A stretch of 63,925 nt of DNA, filler included, from Perkinsus chesapeaki ATCC PRA-425 (taxonomy: Eukaryota; Protista; Perkinsozoa), in NCBI GenBank assembly GCA_013115145.1. It is 11 parts of 11 records of this genome, joined end to end, with 100 filler letters (N's around TTAATTAATTAA, not from the genome) between each part and the next. Parts side by side here need not be neighbours in the genome. Positions count along the whole stretch, not along the records: positions 58,245 to 60,631 come from JAAPAO010001619.1; positions 60,732 to 62,616 come from JAAPAO010001742.1; positions 62,717 to 63,925 come from JAAPAO010002103.1; 8 more parts are not named here. One strand, written 5' to 3'. The notes under the pieces are model-generated. The model did not search any database, was not told the origin of the DNA, and saw only the letters and a program-made list of their open reading frames with translations. Position numbers and translations under genes: made by a program. Below, piece by piece: positions 58,309-63,925 of this stretch. The number at the start of each line of letters is the position of its first letter. The stretch's first letter is position 1.

Positions 58309-60331
58309 ATAATCTAACCGTAAATTTCGTCCGCCTGTCGAAATTGAAGTCACTATTGGTTCTGAAATAGGCATTGAAAAAGTGTAGTCCGCTGCGTACT
58401 GACCGCGTCTCGGTTATGAAATTCATAATATGAATGCAGGCGCACCGGATTCGGTGTCACGCTCCCTGACGGAAAGCTGACTGGGAGTGTTGATGCTAGT
58501 GATCTAGCTGGGCCTTGCTTGTGTCTCAGCCCGCCACGTACCCATCCAGGATGGGTCACGGTTGAGAAGGTTGTTAAAGAGGGGAAGCGTCCGCTACTGA
58601 GATGATTGATCTTGTCACTTTGATGCTCCCTGAATAATCTTCTCACTCTGTGTTACGATACGATATCATATTTCCATGTATATATTAGTAAGTTGGATGA
58701 GCAGTCAGTCCACCTCAGCCATAGAACTGAGGAGGGCTTTATCGAAGTACTTGGACGATGCTGGAAATCGGTAGAGCAGTCGATACACTCAGAGCGATAC
58801 TAGTGATAGCCGTACTGTCGACCGAAGGCCTCCAGAATTTGTATAAAAATCCCACCAGATATGACTTAGGTTTCTCCGATGAAGTGTGACAAACGGAGCG
58901 ATAAATCGCCAAATAGTATCCGACCTGGCTGTGAGCTCGTGACGGGCTTTCACCTGAAGCCTTTGAGGTTACTCATGATGATTCCTCATTGAGAAACTAT
59001 TTTACTCGAATAATTCAAATGTGATGTAAACGATTAAATAGTGCTTTGTTAATGCTTCTTCCCACCCTTGAAAACTATAGTATCGGTTTGTGCTTCATAG
59101 TTTCGGTACACTATTATATTTTGTATCGCTCACTAAGGTATCATCGTAATACGATAATCGTATGGTAAAATCACTTATTGATAAACTTATCTTCTCCATT
59201 CGGTACGATGTACTAGCGCATGGATATGGTAACATAACTTGTTGATAAACTGCTTCTTTAGATATACGTTGATACGGTTTACTAGGGAACCAATATGGTG
59301 TACTCGTACGGTACGAGTCGTACCGCTCCTTCTCTCCTTATACGGTTGGCTAGGATATGGTCAAGGACCTTGACTCAAGGTTGTCTCATGCTGGTCGAGA
59401 TATTCTGACGATAGGGCTCCGAGTAAGTTTCGAGGTTCACTCATTTCATTTAGTGGTTCCTCTGTGTGTTAACGTCGGGTTGCTAGACTCAATGTTGGTA
59501 GACCACACGTTGCGTTGGAAGAGCATCGGGACTGCGGCCGTAATTGTAGGGTCTACAGGTCCGCTTTATTCCATATCCACTCCTCTTGAATAGGCTCGTC
59601 TTTAGTCTATTCAAGGCCTTCATGTGGCAGATTTGTGGCTGGTTGATCATCAGTGATGGTCCATCAGAAGACTTGGTTATGTACGGTGATGTGTCGGCAT
59701 TTTCACCTTGTCGTAGGAGTGTGTGATGGCAAGTTGCTATGAGTGACAGGCTTCGGCTAGTTTGGGAAATGGACTCGTAAATGTAGGTTGTCAACGATGT
59801 TCTAGTCTCCTTTGGCCCGGTTACTTTCCGTGTGGCTGGCGAAGCAGAAAATAACTCGATATTTGGCCGATTCCGGCTGCCGGTCTTCTTGATTTAAGCC
59901 GACCCGGTCGGCCCGACCGTCATGGCGTTCGGGATCACCGAGCTTTTTTATTCACAGTGCCAGTGAGGCAATTCTGACGGAGTGAGAACGATACGCGTGG
60001 TTTCGAGACTTGAAGTCTGAATGACACGTAACACAACACTGTCCTTCGATGAGATTTAAGCTTCGTTCTAAAAATGAAGCACCTGCGATGTACTACTAAG
60101 CAACTGAAACCCACGAGAGGCAAGTGGAAACCAATGCTTCCACGCTGCATAGAACTCGATGACTAAGGCGAGATACGTCTAGCGAGGACATGAACACCAT
60201 TGTGAATACATTTAGTACAAGAAGACACTCGTTAACTTAGTTAAGCTATGGGCTAGTTGATACTATATATGATATGTAACGATCACCTAATGATAGGCAA
60301 TGAATCCCCGACACACCGAGAACTACTGATG

Positions 60332-60631
60332 TTACCTCACGGCAGCAAGACCGATCTTATCATTACCAAGATCAAAATAGAAGTAGTGCCCCAGGAAGGC
60401 ACTTGCTCCTAGAACGACTTCATCACCATCGTCATTGAAAGCAATACGTACATAGCAGACGTTCCCTTGAACCTTCCACACTAGACTGGAAGCTGGAATG
60501 GTAAGGGCAACTTTCTCGCCTTTCAACCCCTTCACGAGGAATGTCGTAGATGGTAAATTGGGGGCATCAGCGCACGATATGACAAAGTTGACACCTTTCT
60601 CTTCGATTGGAACCTTCTTCTTGCCGGCGGT
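60332..60631 (-). CDS. Pepsin-like aspartic protease, C-terminal fragment
   Basis: CYVRIAFNDDGDEVVLGASAFLGHYFYFDLGNDKIGLA matches the A1 protease C-terminal ILG..F....FD....IGFA pattern. Confidence 0.75.
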   Translation of the reverse strand, partial: TAGKKKVPIEEKGVNFVISCADAPNLPSTTFLVKGLKGEKVALTIPASSLVWKVQGNVCYVRIAFNDDGDEVVLGASAFLGHYFYFDLGNDKIGLAAVR

Positions 60632-60731
60632 NNNNNNNNNNNNNNNNNNNNNNNNNNNNNNNNNNNNNNNNNNNNTTAATTAATTAANNNNNNNNNNNNN
60701 NNNNNNNNNNNNNNNNNNNNNNNNNNNNNNN

Positions 60732-61830
60732 CTCAGTCTGGAAAACCACGACTTATGAAGATGAAAGACACATCCCCGAAGGGATGTGTCATCAGGAAGT
60801 GTTGCACCAAACTCAGCCCTCAAGGCTGAACGAAGTGCTTCTTCAAAATCACCCATGATTCTAGTATTCAATTGACAAACGCCCACTTGGGCCGTTACAA
60901 TACGAATTATCTCACGGAAGCACAGCCGGTATGCGGCAGCGTTTCTGGTGGTCATCAGACACCAAAAGAGTGGGATGCTTTGGAACCCGTACATTCCACT
61001 GCAGACCAACAACTGTTGGAAAGGTGCGGGACAGCACTTAAAAGTGGCATCCACAAAGTACATAGTGCAATCATTAAAAACGTTTCTACATTCAGTAGAC
61101 ATGAAAATAGATATGCCTTCAGAGTCGCTGTTGAAGACCAAAAACTCGGACCCATTGAGAGTCCTTTGGGCCATGACCCCTATATTGCGATGTGTCTCAA
61201 GTCGGAATTGTTCTGAGCCAGCGGCTCCCTTTGGCAGAGGAGGTACACCGTGTGCACGCTGGGAATATTGGCTTGCTCGCTGCTGTAAATTCCTGATGTC
61301 CCTGGTCGTTGCATACCTGAGGGGGGAAAACGACTGATGAACACTTTTTTCGGCAAGTTGCCGGAAAAACGGTCACAATGCGCAAATGAAATTAGTTAGA
61401 ATTCGTGTGATTCTGCGAAAGAAATGTGGTGTTTGTACGCCGTAGGCTGTCAAGCTAAGGTTGATAACATAGCGCTCTCTTACTGATTCCCCTGCTGCCT
61501 GATAGCCTCATGAACATCAGCTCGGCGACGGTCATTGATATCCTGCCTTATTTGTCTTCTGGCAAGAGTCACTTCCTGCCTATGTGGGCTGGGGAGGCAA
61601 TTAGGAGAATGTGACCCAGCTCTCGGAGGTCGTTCGATAGAAGTCAGTGCCGTGTCCAAAGTGAGGGATGCCGAGCAGCGACCGGTTGGCTCTCCGTTAC
61701 GACCACCACGGCCCAGACAGCGATAGCGACGCGAAGATCCCACCCTAGAGTATTGGCGATTGTCAAACCATATCGCGTCACTCCCTCGCCCAGTTTTCGA
61801 GCGAATGAAATCACTCCCCGGGTCATTCAC
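60732..61830 (-). mobile_element. Mutator (MULE) transposase with FLYWCH-like N-terminus, 3'-truncated, with intron 61317-61483
   Basis: YFVDATFKCCPAPFQQL, PLFWCLM, IMGDFEEALRSAL, RGCVFHL. Upstream IWFDNRQYS...RYRC...RCSASL...HSPNC. Confidence 0.85.
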
Positions 61831-62431
61831 GAGCGCATCAGCAACTGAAAAGTAAACATCTACTCAGCAGTTGACCGAGCAAGTTTACCTGTGGCAGGGT
61901 GCGCGCCGATCAAGTTACCTGCTACATTTCCAGGACCCGACGCTGTATCTACGTAGCATGAGAAGTACAAAAATTACTACCAGCAAACATACCACTTCCA
62001 GCGCGGACAGGCTCAGCTTCTGCTACTATGTTGCCAGCTAAACTACTACCCGAACCTGATAATGTATTTGCCTCCCACTATGAATGCATGGTCCACCTGC
62101 GATGGTCGATGATGGCGCAGCTTCATCAGGCAATCGGATGAATCCGTGCTGGATCAAGAGGGCGAGGGCGCCAAGGACATCATTATTGGTGCTGGCCGAG
62201 TCTAACACGGAAAATTTGCAAATTTGCAAAGTATTTGCACGCTATATAGTATATACGGTTCACCATCAAGACGGCGCCTTGGAGGCGCGCTATCTGGCTG
62301 AGCTCAGCCATAATAATTAATAGTGCTAATTATTAGTGCCATTCTTAATAGTGCTACCTTGTTCTCCGGGGTTCTGCCTTATGTTCGAATCAAAGCCTGG
62401 CAGAACAATAAATTCATCTGCTATGACATTC

Positions 62432-62616
62432 CCGGGTATTAGCGATCCCTGGGTGTTTGCTGCCGCCCCTGAAATTATTACATGACACAACCGAATTGTC
62501 GATCATTACCTTGTGATTGGGGATTACCGGGTATTAGCGATCCCTGGGTGTTTGCTGCCGCTCCTGGAATTATTACATGACACAGCCGAGTTTGTCAATG
62601 ATTACCTTGTGATTGG
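62432..62616. repeat. ~95-bp tandem duplication at the contig end
   Basis: CCGGGTATTAGCGATCCCTGGGTGTTTGCTGCCGC...TTACCTTGTGATTGG starting at 62432 and 62527. Confidence 0.9.
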
Positions 62617-63019
62617 NNNNNNNNNNNNNNNNNNNNNNNNNNNNNNNNNNNNNNNNNNNNTTAATTAATTAANNNNNNNNNNNNNNNNNNNNNNNNNNNN
62701 NNNNNNNNNNNNNNNNTGCTATGTCTGAAGGACCACCTTCCTATTCACTAGTATGCACTCTGATAGACATTGTACGTCAGCAGTGTCACGACTGAGTAGG
62801 AAGATGCTTTTGTACACATTCGATGAACATAGTGGGTTCAGCAGCGCGGGTGACCTGCAGAGACTCGCACTACTGCCTTATGTGTGCAATATTGTATCGC
62901 TAAAATGGATATAACGTTGCCTTATATAGCAATGCCTTTAACCACATCAACTAACCTCATGCATACGCGGATAGCTACAGTCCAGTTATGTTTACTAAAG
63001 CCCAGGCTGTCGCTTCTTC

Positions 63020-63925
63020 AGTGAGAACTACGAGCGTTGGGCGAAGGCTAGCGCGGAGATTGGACGTTTGGGCAGATTCGTTGTTGCTTGGGAGTTCTTT
63101 GAGATGACTCACCAGAAAGGTACGCCATTCGGGAAGTGAACACCGTTGTGTTTCGATGGGAGCAATGTCTTTCCTTCACTTGGTCTTCAGGGGACTACGA
63201 GCAGCGGTCTGAGGAAATGCGGGGGATGCTGCGCGACAGACAAGAAGAAGTCCTCGAGGGCGATAATGACATGTAAGGGAATCAGGGACTTGAGCAACTG
63301 GGGTTATCTTTTGGCTGTTTTAGAGAGGAGACTCAAGAGCAGATTGAAGAATGCAAAAAGAAGAAGGCACGGATAGATCAACAGCAAGAAGGGGAATTTG
63401 CTAGAGTCAATGAACAGGTCAGCAGCTCGACCATGTCAGAGCCGTCAGGGAGGCTGTACGTGGAAATGTTACGACATGGACTCTGTCTTTGATATGGCTG
63501 ACTGACATAAATTTCACCGACCACCGATTGTTCCCAGAAGGAAAGCATTCCAACTTGATTTTTCCTTTATGAACATTTTCTAGCAAAATACTTAATTTAT
63601 CTCCTCAGCGAGATCTATCCTTTGTGGCCCTCAAGGGGCATATTTCCTGAAGGGAATCATGGATCCATCTGACCTGCTTGTTTCAGGCTAAGGAGGCGAA
63701 CAGGAACGTTGTGAAGGCCCAGGTTATGGTAAGACTCGAGAAACGATGTGCGCATGCGTGCAGATTGATTGTGATAGGTAGAGAACAAGCAGAATGACAT
63801 CAAGGCCGAGGAGGAGAGGCTGAAGGATGTGGAGAAGCAGTTGGTGGATAAAAGGAAAGAATTGGAGGAGGCACAGAAGTGTTACGATAGGGAGGAGGCG
63901 AAGCAACAAAAGATGATGAAAGAGT
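63020..63925 (+). CDS. SMC2: Probable condensin subunit SMC2, internal coiled-coil exons, partial
   Basis: YERWAKASAEIGRLGRFVVAWEF resembles the SMC2 segment after the N-terminal head; followed by heptad-rich exons (NDIKAEEERLKDVEKQLVDKRKELEEAQ). Confidence 0.55.

Overview
Eukaryotic, intron-dense protist DNA. The best fit is Perkinsus (Perkinsozoa, Alveolata), judged from the EFL GTPase, a Perkinsus-type spliced-leader RNA gene and many ~45-60 nt GT-AG introns. The window is 11 unrelated contigs joined by artificial 100-nt N..TTAATTAATTAA..N linkers, so adjacency across a linker means nothing. Contig 1 holds EFL, LETM1, RPF1, RPL23A, tRNA-Glu and clathrin heavy chain. Contig 4 holds ATAD3, a UBX protein, an SL RNA gene, a CocE/NonD hydrolase, a RAP-domain protein and a serine carboxypeptidase. 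The smaller contigs hold a BEL/Pao retrotransposon pol, hAT and MULE transposases, a PHD/ELM2 protein, an aspartic protease end, a probable SMC2 fragment and a very AT-rich mitochondrion-like fragment. Main discovery candidate: at least six short spliceosomal introns in five unrelated genes consist largely of tRNA sequence. Most are 3' halves, four antisense and two sense, with several different acceptor ends, which suggests repeated capture of cellular tRNAs as introns. Three short motifs also recur, mainly in introns: GGCGGAGCGAAGC, TTTCGTGGCGCGCGG and GGTTGATAGTGTGCGAGTAGCAT. All gene models and alignments were built by eye; internal exon boundaries and family calls need database and RNA-seq confirmation.
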